DNA of 56,860 bases, the filler included, from Catajapyx aquilonaris (taxonomy: Eukaryota), in the NCBI GenBank assembly GCA_000934665.2. It is 3 parts of 3 records of this genome, joined end to end, with 100 filler letters (N's around TTAATTAATTAA, not from the genome) between each part and the next. Parts side by side here need not be neighbours in the genome. Positions count along the whole stretch, not along the records: positions 1 to 18,806 come from JYFJ02006602.1; positions 18,907 to 37,953 come from JYFJ02006603.1; 1 more part is not named here. One strand, 5' to 3'. A program made the position numbers and the translations under genes. Below are positions 10,087-23,000 of this stretch, piece by piece; the stretch's first letter is position 1; every line of letters starts with the position of its first letter. The notes below the pieces were generated by a model. The model was not told where the DNA came from. It saw only the letters and a program-made list of their open reading frames with translations, and ran no database searches.

Positions 10087-11493
10087 TCATTGCTGTGACA
10101 TCGGATTTTTTGCAAGCTTATTATAATCCAGATGAAACCATTTCACCTCTTTAGCGCAGCTCTGAGTATCAAAATACATATATATGCCCCTTTCGTATGT
10201 GGTCGTCTTCTCCAAGGGAGCCAAACCTGCGGGACACGATATCCAAACTTTATAGTCCAGGTGATATTTCCATTCTCGCCTGTATAATTCCACAACTGCA
10301 GCCATATAGAGCTGATGGTTACACGCACAGAAATAAAAAATGAAGAACAGCATGTTATCTGCATAGTAGCTCACCATGGCAGGGGTTAGTTCACCAATGT
10401 TGGCACCTACATTCAAGACATACCCTGGAGGCACTGGATTATGCATGTTGACAGACAAGTTGGCAGGGGTTAGTTCATAACTGCTACCTGTATTCATAAC
10501 ATACCCTGGAGGCACTTGATTATTCACGTCGTCAGACCTGGCATGACTTTTGGCAAAAGGGCCAGTAAAAGCATGATTTTGTTTCTCAGCTGATTTAAGA
10601 TCAAGACCAGCTCCTGTCAGGTCTGAACCCATGTCTGAAGGGAACAGCTGTTGCCTGGTTTCCGCCTCTTGGACATTTACTGCAAGATTTCTCAACCCAA
10701 GTTCGTCAAATTTTGCCTCAACTGCTTTTGCAAGAGTTCTCAACCCATACTGGTCATCCTGAATGCTGCTAGGAATTTCAGTGACCTTACTGTCTAGAGC
10801 TGTTTGGATCCCATACTTGGTACTATGCCTTTTGGCGTTTGAGTCATCGAATTCCCAATTCTGCAAACCTGCAGTCCCGATTTCAGCGTCACCTGATGAA
10901 ATCGACACCCCTGCTTTAATGTGGAAACTGGCCCCATGATGTAGTCTGTCTTCTTTAAATGCTGAGCCATGGCCCACTGGATCAGCTGCACAGCTCTTGC
11001 CCTTTCCCTCTGGAACTTCAGCCGTGATTGCTGTGACAAGCTCTTGTGTCCCAGGAAGCGCTGGAAAATCATCTAACACCAAGTTGAAAGCTGTACCTTG
11101 AGCTACTGGTTTCTTTACAGCTGGTGCAGGCTGGGGAGTCATTGATCTTGGCAGTGACGAACCAAGCCCAGATATGTACAGCATTTGAAACCCTCCCCTC
11201 TGATGATGAGCAGATGTACTTGCTATTGAAGCAGTTGAACCTGACCTGGTAGTGGTACTAGGCACTTCACTTTCCATTGTCTTTGCTGGTGTCCCTGTTG
11301 CTACTTGATTGGGAGCCACAGTTGGACATATCTTGTTGGGCCACTGTTGCTCTGGCCACTGAAGAGGCATTCCCATCTGCTCCTGTGTGTGACTGGCTCC
11401 TGATGCACTCTGGTAACTTGTTGCTCCAACTGCTCCCGTCATGACATCATGTCCCAGACTAGAGGAAGCTCCAGAGGGTATTTGGGGTGCCAT
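10087..11493 (-). CDS. CNOT2-like: CCR4-NOT subunit 2 (CNOT2/Regena/Not2)-like protein, divergent, no introns in CDS
   Basis: 468-aa ORF with CNOT2 hallmarks in order: DDFPALPG, GIQ...KVTEIP..IQDDQYG, GSDLT..GLDL.S, VPPGY, and the NOT box LFFIFY...AAVVELYRREWKYH....WI....P.EKTTTYERG.Y.YFD.....K.FHLDY.KL. Confidence 0.9.
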   Translation of the reverse strand: MAPQIPSGASSSLGHDVMTGAVGATSYQSASGASHTQEQMGMPLQWPEQQWPNKICPTVAPNQVATGTPAKTMESEVPSTTTRSGSTASIASTSAHHQRGGFQMLYISGLGSSLPRSMTPQPAPAVKKPVAQGTAFNLVLDDFPALPGTQELVTAITAEVPEGKGKSCAADPVGHGSAFKEDRLHHGASFHIKAGVSISSGDAEIGTAGLQNWEFDDSNAKRHSTKYGIQTALDSKVTEIPSSIQDDQYGLRTLAKAVEAKFDELGLRNLAVNVQEAETRQQLFPSDMGSDLTGAGLDLKSAEKQNHAFTGPFAKSHARSDDVNNQVPPGYVMNTGSSYELTPANLSVNMHNPVPPGYVLNVGANIGELTPAMVSYYADNMLFFIFYFCACNHQLYMAAVVELYRREWKYHLDYKVWISCPAGLAPLEKTTTYERGIYMYFDTQSCAKEVKWFHLDYNKLAKNPMSQQ

Positions 11494-11896
11494 CCTCTGT
11501 CACTCATCTGCGGCCTTGACCCAAATTAGAAGGAGTACTCCAGGCAGGGCTGACACCATATGTCCTCCAGCTTCCACCTTCCAAAGTGCCTCGGCTTAGC
11601 TTGGAAAGGCTGCTTCTGTAGATAGTGGCTGAAAGGTAAAGTTTACTACTCAATTTTCAATCCTTCTGTCCACTACACAATTGAAAAATGGAGCATGTTG
11701 AAGAATTATCTTCAGTCACCTTGTCTTTTCTCATTACCCTGAAGCATTCTGCCCTAAGCAGGAAAGGAAGTGCTAGTCTGCCTGCATCGCCGTAGGAAAA
11801 ATTGAAAGAAAGAAAGAAGACCTAACTGAGTACAGCAAAAGGGGCCAGAAACAACCCACAGCTCTTGCTTGGCTTGCCAGTGCTTGCTCAACTTTA

Positions 11897-12486
11897 CAGG
11901 GTGTTTCAGAGTGACGGGTCAAGCGCGCGCGAGGGGGTGGGGAAAAATCGTAGGTGGCGACAACCCGGTTTTATAAAAGAATTAGAAATACGGCAGTAAT
12001 AAATTTATTTATTACGGCCGTACGGTGTGAAGTCACATCCTACTTTCTGTTCGAAGTGACTGGCGCGGAGTGGCAAATGCAAGGCAAATGCATTGGGTGG
12101 AACCTGGTTGATGGGTTTTTAGCCTTGCGGGTTGCACTGAAAAAGGCGCTCTCATGCTACACTGGTAGGGTACTGTACAAAGTAGTGTACTACTGTACAG
12201 TAGTGTGTTCAGTACCCTGCCGGTGTAGCGCCTTTTTCAGCGCAACCCGCAAGGCTAAAAATCTGTTCAATCAGGTTCCACCCAATGCATTTGCCTTGCA
12301 TTTGCCACTCGGCGCCAGTCACTTCGAACAGAAAGTAGGATGTGACGTCACGCCGTACGGCCGTAATAAATAAATTTATTACTTCCGTATTTCTAATTGT
12401 TTTATAAAACCAACTGGGGTTGACGCCACCTACGATTTTTCCCCACCCCCTCGCGCACGCTTGACCCATGACTCTGAAACACCCTG
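11897..12486. mobile_element. Fully palindromic Tc1/mariner-type foldback MITE (590 bp)
   Basis: TA|CAGGGTGTTTCAGAGT...ACTCTGAAACACCCTG|TA. The arms pair almost to the centre at ~12190. Confidence 0.9.
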
Positions 12487-12608
12487 TAGACCACTGTGTG
12501 CCTGTGTCCCCAGATATGGCAGACCATTAACCCCTTTGCCCCCAATTCTAAGGGTAATGAGATTCGCTTCTGTTCAACTTACACATGTATGAAGGTAAGG
12601 ACAAGATA

Positions 12609-13185
12609 CAGTAAAACTTCTATAAGTCGAACTTCCCTAAGTCGAAGTTCTCTAAAATCGAAGAAAATGATGAGCTTGGTTGGTCACAATGTAAAATAAT
12701 GGGAAATAAACTTCCCTAACTCGAATTTCTATAACTCCAAGTTCTCCATAACTCGAAGTGCTGGCAGGGCCTTACGATGGGATATCAATGCATTTTCAGT
12801 CTCCCTAAGTCGAAGTTCATGTTGGCGAGTACGGAAAATTTTCTCATTTCTCAGCCGAAGGGTCGAGAGTTAGGCCACATGCACAGAAAGGCTCTTTCCT
12901 GATCTCTGTCTACCAAAATAAGTGTTCGACTCGATGGTGATAATTGAGTCCTTTAGTTAGAGCCGATCTAAGAGTAGGCAAATGTCTGTAATTGAGTTTT
13001 TTTTTTACAACAAAACAACGAGGAACATTGTAAGTGTGATAGCGACAGTTATTTTTAAGTTTTGAACACCGTTCGTCATTGGATATAAAGGTGGACTTCC
13101 TTATGGAGTTCTGTGCTTTAAAAAATCCAAACTTCTCTTACTCGAATCTTCTATAACTGGAAGTTTTTTTCCGGTCCCATGGAGA
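12609..13185. mobile_element. pogo/Tigger-like MITE remnant
   Basis: TA|CAGTAAAACTTCTATAAGTCGAA with reiterated CTAAGTCGAA/ATAACTCGAA motifs and TTTTTCCGGTCCC, typical of this group. Confidence 0.6.
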
Positions 13186-14993
13186 TTTTACAAATAATAA
13201 CAGCTATGGGGGAAGGGGTCCATATTTCGACCATGCGCCTAATTCCGACCACCTTGCTATCTCCGTGGTAACGTGTTGCAAATTGCCGGTGACAGTGGTA
13301 AAATGTCACAAAGACGGAATTGGTGAGCTGGCAGCACTGATGCGAACATCCGCGCATTGTGCAACCTTTGACACCAGTTTGTTTCTAAGTGCATGGTGGA
13401 CTGCAGCGTATGCTACTATTGGCCATCATTTCCCAGCAATTAAAATATGCTATTCAATAATTTATTTTAGCCTATGATGTTGCTTACACTGTTCATTTGC
13501 ATGTTTTAAAGTATTGACATCATGCTGCAACTTGTCGATGTGAACCAGCGGCCACAGTAGAAAGTTGTCATGTTCCTAATTTCGGATAGGGCCCTACCTA
13601 TTGTACTATCATGCTCATTTTGACAGTTCCATTTATTTCGCGGAAACTCAAGAAAGAAGCCACAGAAATTGTTTGTGCATCTGTACTACCTGCTGTTAAA
13701 ACGTTCTCGTATGATTGTATTGATCAGTCATTATTCAACTGCATAATTGTTGTGGTTGTTGTTTTTTTGCAAATAGGGAAAACTTTTCATTTTCATCATG
13801 CAGATAAACCAGTTTTCGGCCTATAAAAAGAGGGAGGTTCTCATGACTGAGAAGAATCAAAGACTTGCTGCCACCACCTTGAGCGCTAGAGACAATTAAC
13901 TTCCGGACCACCCATCTTGCAGTGGCATTGTAAATAGAGGCAACTGTTTATAACATGAAGGATTCGTGAAAATTTGTTTTCAGCATCATAAATAAGAACC
14001 ATTGAAGAGCTGCATCTCTCCCCCTTCCTCCCAATAAAATCGGCGGTAGCATCAAGGCATATCCGGATAACACATCACGCCACTTTGATTTGTAACTTTT
14101 TACATTGAATTTGAAATCAGAGCCCTCTAAAGCCGCCGTAAACTAATTTTGACGCTAATACTGTATATCTGTCCAATTCTCTGCACATGCTGTCTGCCAT
14201 ATTGGATCAACCATTTTGATTTTTGAATTCCTGACATTGGATCTGAAATCAGCGCCATTGAAAACCATTACATAAAAATTTCTGCATTATTGGGCGTGGA
14301 TTTGCTTATTATCTGAGCCGAGATCGGAGGGAGCACGCTCGGCGGCAGGAAAATGGCTTGGTTCGTTACCGTCCAAATAAATACATGGAGGTATGGAATT
14401 GGGCTGAATCTTGGGACACTGATGTATTACGCGACTCCCACAGAGGTTTCCAAGTTTGACGCTCCAAATCATTGGCATAAGGTGTGTACAGGATTTTTTT
14501 GTAATTTTTGGTAACGAACCAAAGCTTTCGGATGACTCTGGTTAGTTACTGAAACTGAAGCACACAGAGATCATCCTCCGACAATTTAAGCACACCAATC
14601 GAAAGAGGACATCAAGCTGCATCCAACAGACACACTTGAGAAGTGATCGAATGAATGGCAATGCTTACAGAGGCGCCAAAAGCCGCGCGTGTCCCCAGAC
14701 ACCAAAAGGCCTTTGGCGCGCACAGTTGAACGTATGAGCAGCTGGTGCCAAAGAACAGCAACACTGGCCAATTTTAAGGTTGGCAATGTTTAGTCGAGAT
14801 GTTGAGCATCCGATTGGTGTGATCAAATGCGGTATTCAACGAAAAAAAATAATCGTCGCTTCATGTCCGCTCTATCGCAAAATGCAGAATAATAAAATAA
14901 TAATAATAATATTATTATAATATTATAATATAATCACAATAAAATAATATAATAACAATAAAATATTATTATTATTATTATTATTATTAATAA

Positions 14994-15969
14994 TCTTAAT
15001 CTATATTTTAGTTTGTGAGTTTGTGAGTTTGTCCCTTATAGAAATCCAGGGGAAGGCCCCTACACCGCCTTAAATTAGCATATTGGGGGTTACTTTTTCC
15101 AAGGAATCTAACGCCGCATGTTTCAGCTTCCGAAAACGAACCTAACTCCCACAACACGCATATTCCCGAATCTTCTCACTTCTTACATCAATAACAAGAT
15201 ATCAATTTGCATTCCCATGAAAATGCCTTTTTAAAAACATGGCTATTTACCTCCCTGCATCGTACCGCAGGGAGGGAACCTTTATTTCGTCTTGATGGAA
15301 CCTTTTTGACGTAGCGCCCGGGCCCATGGGCAGGGTGACTAAGGTGCAAGTGCAATTCTCAAAGGGTACATTTTGTGAGCTCCCCCGGGTGGATTAGTCT
15401 GAGGAGATTCCACCCGAAACGAAGCCAGAGACGACCCAACTCTGCACGAGATGAAGGGGGGAACCCCAGGCTGGGATCGAACCCGGGACCTTATAACACC
15501 CATGGGCACATTTCCGCAGCGCCACTTCGTCTCCCCTGCAAAATGCCCTTATGCAACAATACCTAGCAAGTTCAACCATCGCCGTAAATTCAACACCTCC
15601 ACCAATTACGCTAATTGGCCACCTCAGGTGAGTTCATATCTTATGGTAATTCCAGGATTTTGTGAGATTTGAAAGTAGACTTCCAGAAAAAAGTAAATAC
15701 AATAAAATAATACAGTATTTACAAATATTACTCTGTGTTGAAAACAAAATTTTCCACCTTGCATCTGTACGTACATTTCTCAAGTTCTTCAGAGCAAACA
15801 TATGGAACAAGGTGGGGGTGTGATTGTAACTTATAAGGCCTATTTTAAGACATATCGAGTTTCGAGTGTATGGAAGGGAAATTTTTACAAACACACTTCC
15901 TAATATACTGTATATGTACCCCTTTACCAGCACCCCAACATACCCGGGCAACGCCGGGTAACCTGCTAG
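14994..15969 (+). mobile_element. Non-autonomous Helitron
   Basis: A|TC 5' end followed by GTTTGTGA repeats. 3' hairpin TACCCGG-GCAACG-CCGGGTA (15941-15960), then CTAG|T. Inserted between A and T in a (TAA)n tract. Confidence 0.75.
15303..15536 (-). mobile_element. tRNA-derived SINE (family 2), nested in the Helitron
   Basis: A-box GTGGCGCTGCGG and B-box GGTTCGATCCC. The body matches 34732-34980 (CCCCCTTCATCTCG.GCAGAGT, TCTCTGGCTTCGTTTCGGGTGG). Confidence 0.8.
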
Positions 15970-16384
15970 TAATAATAATAAAGATCATTGACTCTGTGTT
16001 GAGAAAGATCTCATGCTTAAATTGACGCCACTTGTCCCGAATATTGTGTGAAAGAAAGAAAACTTGCCCATCACATTAACTGGTAAGTGCCCCTTTTACT
16101 ATTGTTAGGTATCAGGATCGGCGTGGGGGTACAAACTGTCTTCACATATTTGAAAAGGGGTACGCGACAAAAAAAGTTTGGGAAGCACTGCTCTACATTA
16201 TGGTTATGTTGGAAACAATTTTACTAGTCTAGAAGTTGCAAAATTAATTCGCCGTAAAAAGATCGCTGTAAAAACTGGAAACTAAAGTATGGCCGGCCAA
16301 CGGTTAGGCTGATTTTATGAAATAAATTACGGTGGGGCTGTGCTGGGTAAAGGGGCACATTTTGGCTTAAGCTTACTCCGAAGA

Positions 16385-17015
16385 TACAGACAAGATATTT
16401 TACAAATAATACCAGCTATATATACTTACCACGTTCAGGGAAAACACTATGAATGTGTCTGAAACTATTTACTTGTCTAAAAGTCCCTAAATTAATTTCC
16501 AAAAAAATGGCTATAAAACTGGAAATCCGAGTACTGCCGAGCAACTGCTAGGCTGATTTAATTATGAAATGCGTGCTAATATGTGGAATTACAACCTTGA
16601 GAACTATACCAGACGAATTTGCTGAACTCATAGTCCTTTGCAAGAAATAAATTAATACTTATTTGTGGCTTTCTGGCACTTCGGAAAATAGCAAATAAAT
16701 GGGAGATTTCCGAAGTGCCAGAAACAGCCGCAAATAAGTATGAATTTATTTCTCACAAGTACGACGAGTTCAGCAAATTCACCTGGCATGGTTCTCAAGG
16801 TTGTTATTCTGCATATTATCACCCATTTCATAATTAAATCCACCTAACAGTTGGTCGGCAGTACTCCAATTTCGAGTTTTTATAGCCTTTTTTGGGGAAA
16901 TTAATTCAGGGACTTTAGACAAATAAAATTGTTCCAGGCACATTCATAGTGTTTTCCCTGAACATGATAAATGTAGCTGTTATTATTTGTAAAATATCTT
17001 GTCCATATCTTCAGT
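16385..17015. repeat. Diverged ~630-bp palindrome (arms of the piggyBac-like element)
   Basis: Arms pair around the centre GGCACTTCGGAAA...TTTCCGAAGTGCC at ~16675-16718. Confidence 0.85.
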
Positions 17016-18806
17016 GTACACGTAATCCTAAATCTACGTCTGGTAAATACTATCTGGTAGCGAAGGGGTTAAGCCATGCCACTACTAGATTGCATGAGGA
17101 GTTGTTTGTGTTGGATAGAGGAAAAATGATGTTACATTACATATAATATGATACAATTGTATAGGTTTGTCATGTTTTAACGGCATATTGAAAAATGAAG
17201 ATGAAAAATTTATCCAATTAAAAGTTGGCGGTACACTTTCCATACTGCACTAAAATGTGCTAGTCTGAGGAGTGGAGTTATTATGGAAGTTACACCAATT
17301 TTTGTCAGTAATTGACATCACTGGTACTTGCAAAAAAAAAAATACTAACATTAATTTACCATTGAGTAGTTACACATTTGTACAAGTTGGTTGTTTCACA
17401 TACTTTTGGGAATTTTTAAATATTGAATAATTGTCTGGCACTGGTGCTTATACAGACCATGATATCAGTTTATAGGTGAACACATGATGGCACTGATATT
17501 TATGCTACTGGAATCAAGCCTCATATTGATGTAAGTATTTTTCGTGCAGTGGTGTAGAATTTGGAACCAGATATGTCATGCATCTTTGCTAAGCCTACTC
17601 TTGCTTTTGTTGGCCACTCCCTACAGTCAGTAACATACATACTGTAGGTCAGTCAGGGCCTCACTCCAAGTTGTGCACCAGGGTCCACCAACCCTTTCCT
17701 TTCCCACACTTCATTTACTGATTATTATGGGCAACAATCTTTATCTGAATTTTTAAATAGCAGTGTCAGTAATGTGCATGCAGAATTGCCCGGAGGTGGT
17801 GAAACAGTGAAGGACACTTGGTTGAATGTTTTGACAATGGTCTGGGTGCTGAACCATGCCCTTGAACTGTTTGAGACTTTGAATGCGCCTGTGTAATGCT
17901 CAATTATTGCAGGAAGGCATCTTTTCCAGAACAGCCACAGTGCTTTCCTTTTTTCTTAATTCAGCATCACACAGAAGTGGGCATCCAGCATTTCGTTGCC
18001 AATAAAGGCAGTGAAAGGCCCCTCTGAGCCGATTTGGCTGATTCCCTTATTGACACCCAGAATATCGGAGGTGGCGCCATTGGCGGCCACATTCTTAAGC
18101 TGTTGGGTGCTAGAGCCCCACAAGGCCGCTCTCTTGCCGTATAAAAGCATGTAGTTCAAGCCGCTGAAAAAGAGCGAAATATTGGCCCAGGAGTGCGATT
18201 TCTTAAATGTTACTGTACCCCTTGACCTCCTGAAAACGACTCTTATGAAAGGAAAAGATATTTTGAATGAAGAGCGGGCATGTGCAAGGGGCGAAATAAG
18301 TGGCCCGTGAAATTGCAGTACATCTCCAAACTCTGAAACATCCCAAACCCACGGAAACCAATTTTTTGCACAATCTGGAGCAACGATATGAGTATTTACA
18401 CATCAGTTCTGTATTCAACACATATTTTGGGGGAGGTATGACCGGGTATGACAGCATAATTATGTCTCAGCATCTCGCTGCAAGCGCCCTGTTGTCATAA
18501 CATGAGAAAAATAGATCAGTGAAATAATTTCATTCATGCCAGATACAGGTCAGTCTGAACTGCAATGCATGTTGTTGCATGCTTTTCTTCTCCATTTTCA
18601 GGAGGTGCTCACAGTGCAGCATCCTCTTCACTTTCATAAGATAATCAATTAATAATCCAACATATTGCCTCCAAATATTTACAATATGATGCCCTATTCT
18701 TGCACCATTTGTGCCTATGTGGTGGTCAGTACTGTTATGGGCAGTGAGCTAGTACAGTACATTTACATAATTTATTGCAGTGTCAACATGTGCCTTTTAA
18801 TGAGTT

Positions 18807-18906
18807 NNNNNNNNNNNNNNNNNNNNNNNNNNNNNNNNNNNNNNNNNNNNTTAATTAATTAANNNNNNNNNNNNNNNNNNNNNNNNNNNNNNNNNNNNNN
18901 NNNNNN
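18807..18906. other. Artificial contig-joining spacer
   Basis: 44 N + TTAATTAATTAA (stops in all six frames) + 44 N. Confidence 0.95.
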
Positions 18907-19136
18907 CCCCCCATAAGACATGCTTCGATGCCTCGCGCAGTGTTGTAACGGTTTACTTGCTCCTCAAGTCAGGAAAGAAAAAATGTGCGCGGATTGTTTC
19001 TCCCAGCAACCGGTTGCTTACAAAAAAATTATTAAATAACAGTAACAATATTCATTTTCAATCAATCACTATACGTCGACTACAAAATAATTAATTAATT
19101 AAAATGAATATTTAATAGTAACGGAACTCTATAATA

Positions 19137-19287
19137 CAGGGTGACCCAAAAGTCTGGACGCATATAGGTAATTAACTAATTATATTGTATTGTTGGTTGA
19201 CAATTGATGTCCTGGCAACCAACAATGCGGTACCATATTATTACCTATGTGTGTGTCAAGCTGTGTCAAGACTATTGGGCCACCCTG
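19137..19287. mobile_element. Small Tc1/mariner-type MITE
   Basis: TA|CAGGGTGACCCAAAAGTCT...AGACTATTGGGCCACCCTG|TA. Confidence 0.75.
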
Positions 19288-19479
19288 TATTCTTTTTTTT
19301 AACGTTACCCTGTGATAGGGCCATAGGCCCTTATAGAGGGGTGGAATACCACCATTTTTCCTGCAATTTTCTGATTTTTCTTTTATCTCCGGTGCAAGGA
19401 TGAAAGGACATGGGGTAAGGATATGGATTTTTGGGGAGGGGACACTTAGGTGCCACCCTGTATTCCTTTCAATCAGATA

Positions 19480-20087
19480 CAGTTGACTCCTGATATAACA
19501 GACTTCAATGAGGGACAGCGGAATAAGTCTCTAATAACAGATGGCTGTTATAGCCAAATAACCTCTTTTGCAACAAATACACCAAGTTTTCTGCTTCATA
19601 TGCTTATAATGCCAACTATTGCGTCCATTAATGAAACTATACCCAAAATGCGAAATTAGCTTACGCAAAAATTACGCAAAAAATCATCTTTTTCCTGATT
19701 TTGCATAATTTTCGCGTGAGCTAATTTCGCATTTTGGGTATAGTTTCATTAATGGACGCAATAATTGGCATTATAAGCAATCCTAGGATTCCTAGCAATT
19801 CCAAGGAAAAGTAATTTATGATTTTGAATATGGTATAGATGGATCAGTGATATGCGAAAAATAATCACCGCCGCTCCAGTATCCTCTGTTGCGCATGGGG
19901 GGAAAGAACTTGAATAATAAAAACACAGCATATTTTCCCCCCGAGGAACCAAAATATGGTATGTTATAGCCGAGATGAGGTGAAAAATGAGTCTGTTATA
20001 TCAGGAGTAAAAATACACTGGGTCTTATGAAAGTTTGCCAGGAGGGACCATTCGAGCCTGTTATAACGGAGGTTGTTATATCAACTG
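19480..20087. mobile_element. Tigger-like MITE with internal ~180-bp palindrome (19601-19779)
   Basis: TA|CAGTTGA...TCAACTG|TA. Internal arms TGCTTATAATGCCAA.TATTGCGTCCATTAATGAAACTATACCCAAAATGCGAAATTAGC and its reverse complement. Confidence 0.7.
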
Positions 20088-23000
20088 TAATAGTAACAGA
20101 ACTCTACACTCACTACGTTGACGGCTACAAAATGTGAAAATCGTAGGAGCCCGAGAAAATCCACTCTGGCATGAAGAGAACATATTGGGCCAATCTTGCA
20201 ACCTGTTTGGAACCCTGTGCAAATATTGAGGATTGCATGACCTCAGCTTATTCCGGGACGCCTAGAGAAAGTGTGACTATTACTTGCGCTTTCCATAAAG
20301 CGCTGGGAGTCTAGGAGCTAAATTAAAGCAGATAAAAGGGAAAGAGGGTGGGGGTGGGTGGGTGGGGAGGGGGGAAGGCTTTTACTTCCTCTGTTCCGCG
20401 CTTTCTTAATGGTCAATTTAGGATCGGCTTAGTGACTGTCGCCCAGAGACTGGCAAATTCCGTGGAAATATGCCTGCTTATTACAACCCGGATATTATGC
20501 ATGCAGGGAGAAGGAAAATGGGAAACTTTTCGACTGCCGACTCTTTTTTTAAAAAAAGTCGAAATCCGGGGGATGAAAGGTTGGTTTTTAGAGCTCTCCA
20601 TTTATTTTTGAAGACGTTTAGAGAGTGATGGGAAACGTCAACTGAATTTGCGTCAACGTCCTGGCAGGTCTGATTCAGACTCACTTCCTATAGGATATCT
20701 ACAAAGGATGTAAATACTACGTGTGGAATATACACAGAAGTGTTTATCAAGTAGACGAATTGCAGATTACAGGCCACACAATGTGGCGAAATTACCTTCT
20801 TATAGTTTATATCAACTGGCTGAGGGGAAACGGAAAGTAATTAATGATATATGATGATTGGCTAACATGACAAGGAAAGAGGAAGATAGACAAATTGCTT
20901 CAATGTTGCTTCATTAGGAGCGAATTTGATTATTGTTGGCATATAGTGTTCACACACGAGAGTTTCACAAAAGTTAGGCCAACAGAACAGTACCACTCTA
21001 CTCCCAAATGAACAAATTTGATTGGCAGTACTGTACACTGGTGCTCAAAAAGTGAATGACGGGTATTTGTTCATGACGCGGGTCAAATTTGTTCATGACG
21101 CGGGTCAAATTTGTTCACTATGATGCTAGTCAAGTGTAACTTTTCAGCACTGCATTACAGGTCTGAAAAATAATTAGCAGAAGCAAATTATTGCATGGAC
21201 TACAGTTCCTTATAGTTTCAGGACGATGCTAGTAGATTAATTTTGGCAATAGCTTGTTCACTTTTAAGCCATTCATGGGCAAGTTATGCAAAGTTTGGTT
21301 AAACTGCTTATCTTTCCTTGCAATGTCTATCGCAAAATGCATACGAACAATCGAGATATCTGATGAAACTCGTTCCACCTAAATTCGTTTTCCTTTTATT
21401 TTGCCCGCGAAACTCTTTACTTCTTTGTCAAGGGGTCGCAAGAATGTTTCCTTCTTTTGTGCCGGACCCCAAGTCATTTCTTTTCCTTCTTTGAATGGTC
21501 AATACAGTCCAGACCTTCCCCCAGAAGCAGCGAGAGAGTCTCCGAAACCACCTCCTGTTCAAACCACCTTTTTCTTTGGCCAGACCTGACTTTTTCCCCT
21601 CCTTTCTTTCCCCCTTTTTTGGCCCAACACACTGGAAGTCTCCAATTGCTCCGATCGATCAAGTGACCCTCTTCGGCGCTTTGCTACAGAAAATCCCCGC
21701 ATTTGTTTTTATATGCAAGGATGCCACTGCCGTTGATCCCAAGCAAAAGGGAAATCCGTAAGCAAATCCTGGATTTGCTGCTTAGCTGATTCAAACTCTC
21801 CCCCAGGTCAAAGTTCCTTAGAACGATATATGTAATCCGTTACGCCGTCTGAAAAAGATGTAATGGGCAGGAACCGCTGGGTATTATTTTACAGTGATCT
21901 AAAATTATGTACAGACGGTCTACATGTCTACGAATTTTTTTCCGCAGGGGGATATGTTAGGAAATTAAGGGCAATGATGCCCTCATATCTCTGGGGGTTC
22001 AAGAGATGTTGATATGACAGATGTATTAAGTGCCAAGGGCAAGGATCATGCCCAAGGTCCGTGCTTTTCCGATCAAAGCGATGTTTTAACGCTGGACAAC
22101 AAAAAAAATGTGATAAAAAATCAGACCTGCATAATTATGCTGGTAGATGTGCAGAGTATTTCATAACATTTGTTCTGAGACACTTATTGGGGTGATATCT
22201 CCGCTTCTCTGAATCATTATGAAACGCCCTGTCCAAACACATTGTTAATGTATGCCAAATAATATTATAATCATTATAATAATTACATGCAGATATAATT
22301 TTATGTGTCTCTGTGTATGGATGTGACATGATTGTGTCAACAAAATAACATTGTTACCCTAATGAACAACAACACGGCTCATAAACGTCAACGCTATGCT
22401 GTTTAGGCCTGCGAGTTACCAGCGCCTGGAACGCGTCATAAAACGTTACAACTCGCATACCTCGGTTATGTGACACGAGTCCCTAATATTATTACAGCCA
22501 AGCCGACTGCTCTCAGCTAGTCTACAATCCATATCCAAATAATTCTGCCCAATAAATTCACAGCTTTATTGACAAACAAGCGACTTCTCTTTAAAACAAA
22601 GTTCCTATATGGTGAGGCGCGTCCAATTTTCGAGTACTACAAACGGCCTCAATAAATTTTACAATGTGCTCCCAATTTTTTTTCAAACGGGATATTGATT
22701 TTTCCAAGTCATACGGCCCCGAATTTGCAGTTAATTACTCGCATCTCGAGCCTGAGTGAATCGGCCCTGTTCCCTTTCCTCCTGACTTTTGTAAACATTC
22801 AGGGAATAAAATAGTAACAACTCGCTACATACTGTACGTGCGGCGGGAAGCGTCAATAAATTATTACAGCTCTCTCTCCTCGTCCCTGCGCCAGTTTCAG
22901 TTTTACAGGCACGTTACAAAACCTGCAATATGTTGAAGAGAGCTATTCCGCCGCACACCCAACCCGGCACTTTTCTTCTGAGCGGGCACATGTGACATTA

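Larger units (their letters stand above)
12531..17068. mobile_element. Putative non-autonomous piggyBac-like element hosting nested insertions
   Basis: TTAA|CCCCTTTGCCCCC at the left and GGTAGCGAAGGGG|TTAA at the right. A subterminal arm (GACAAGATATTTTACAAATAAT.CAGCTAT...) appears split at ~12600/13187/16195, intact at ~16385-16690 and inverted at ~16710-17015. Confidence 0.5.

Noticed and set aside
17760..18500. Coding-like composition stretch
   Set aside because: All frames are interrupted and I could not recognise any motif. It may be an old TE remnant, but this is unsupported.
18851..18862. TTAATTAATTAA as a biological motif
   Set aside because: It is a synthetic assembly linker flanked by fixed-length N runs.
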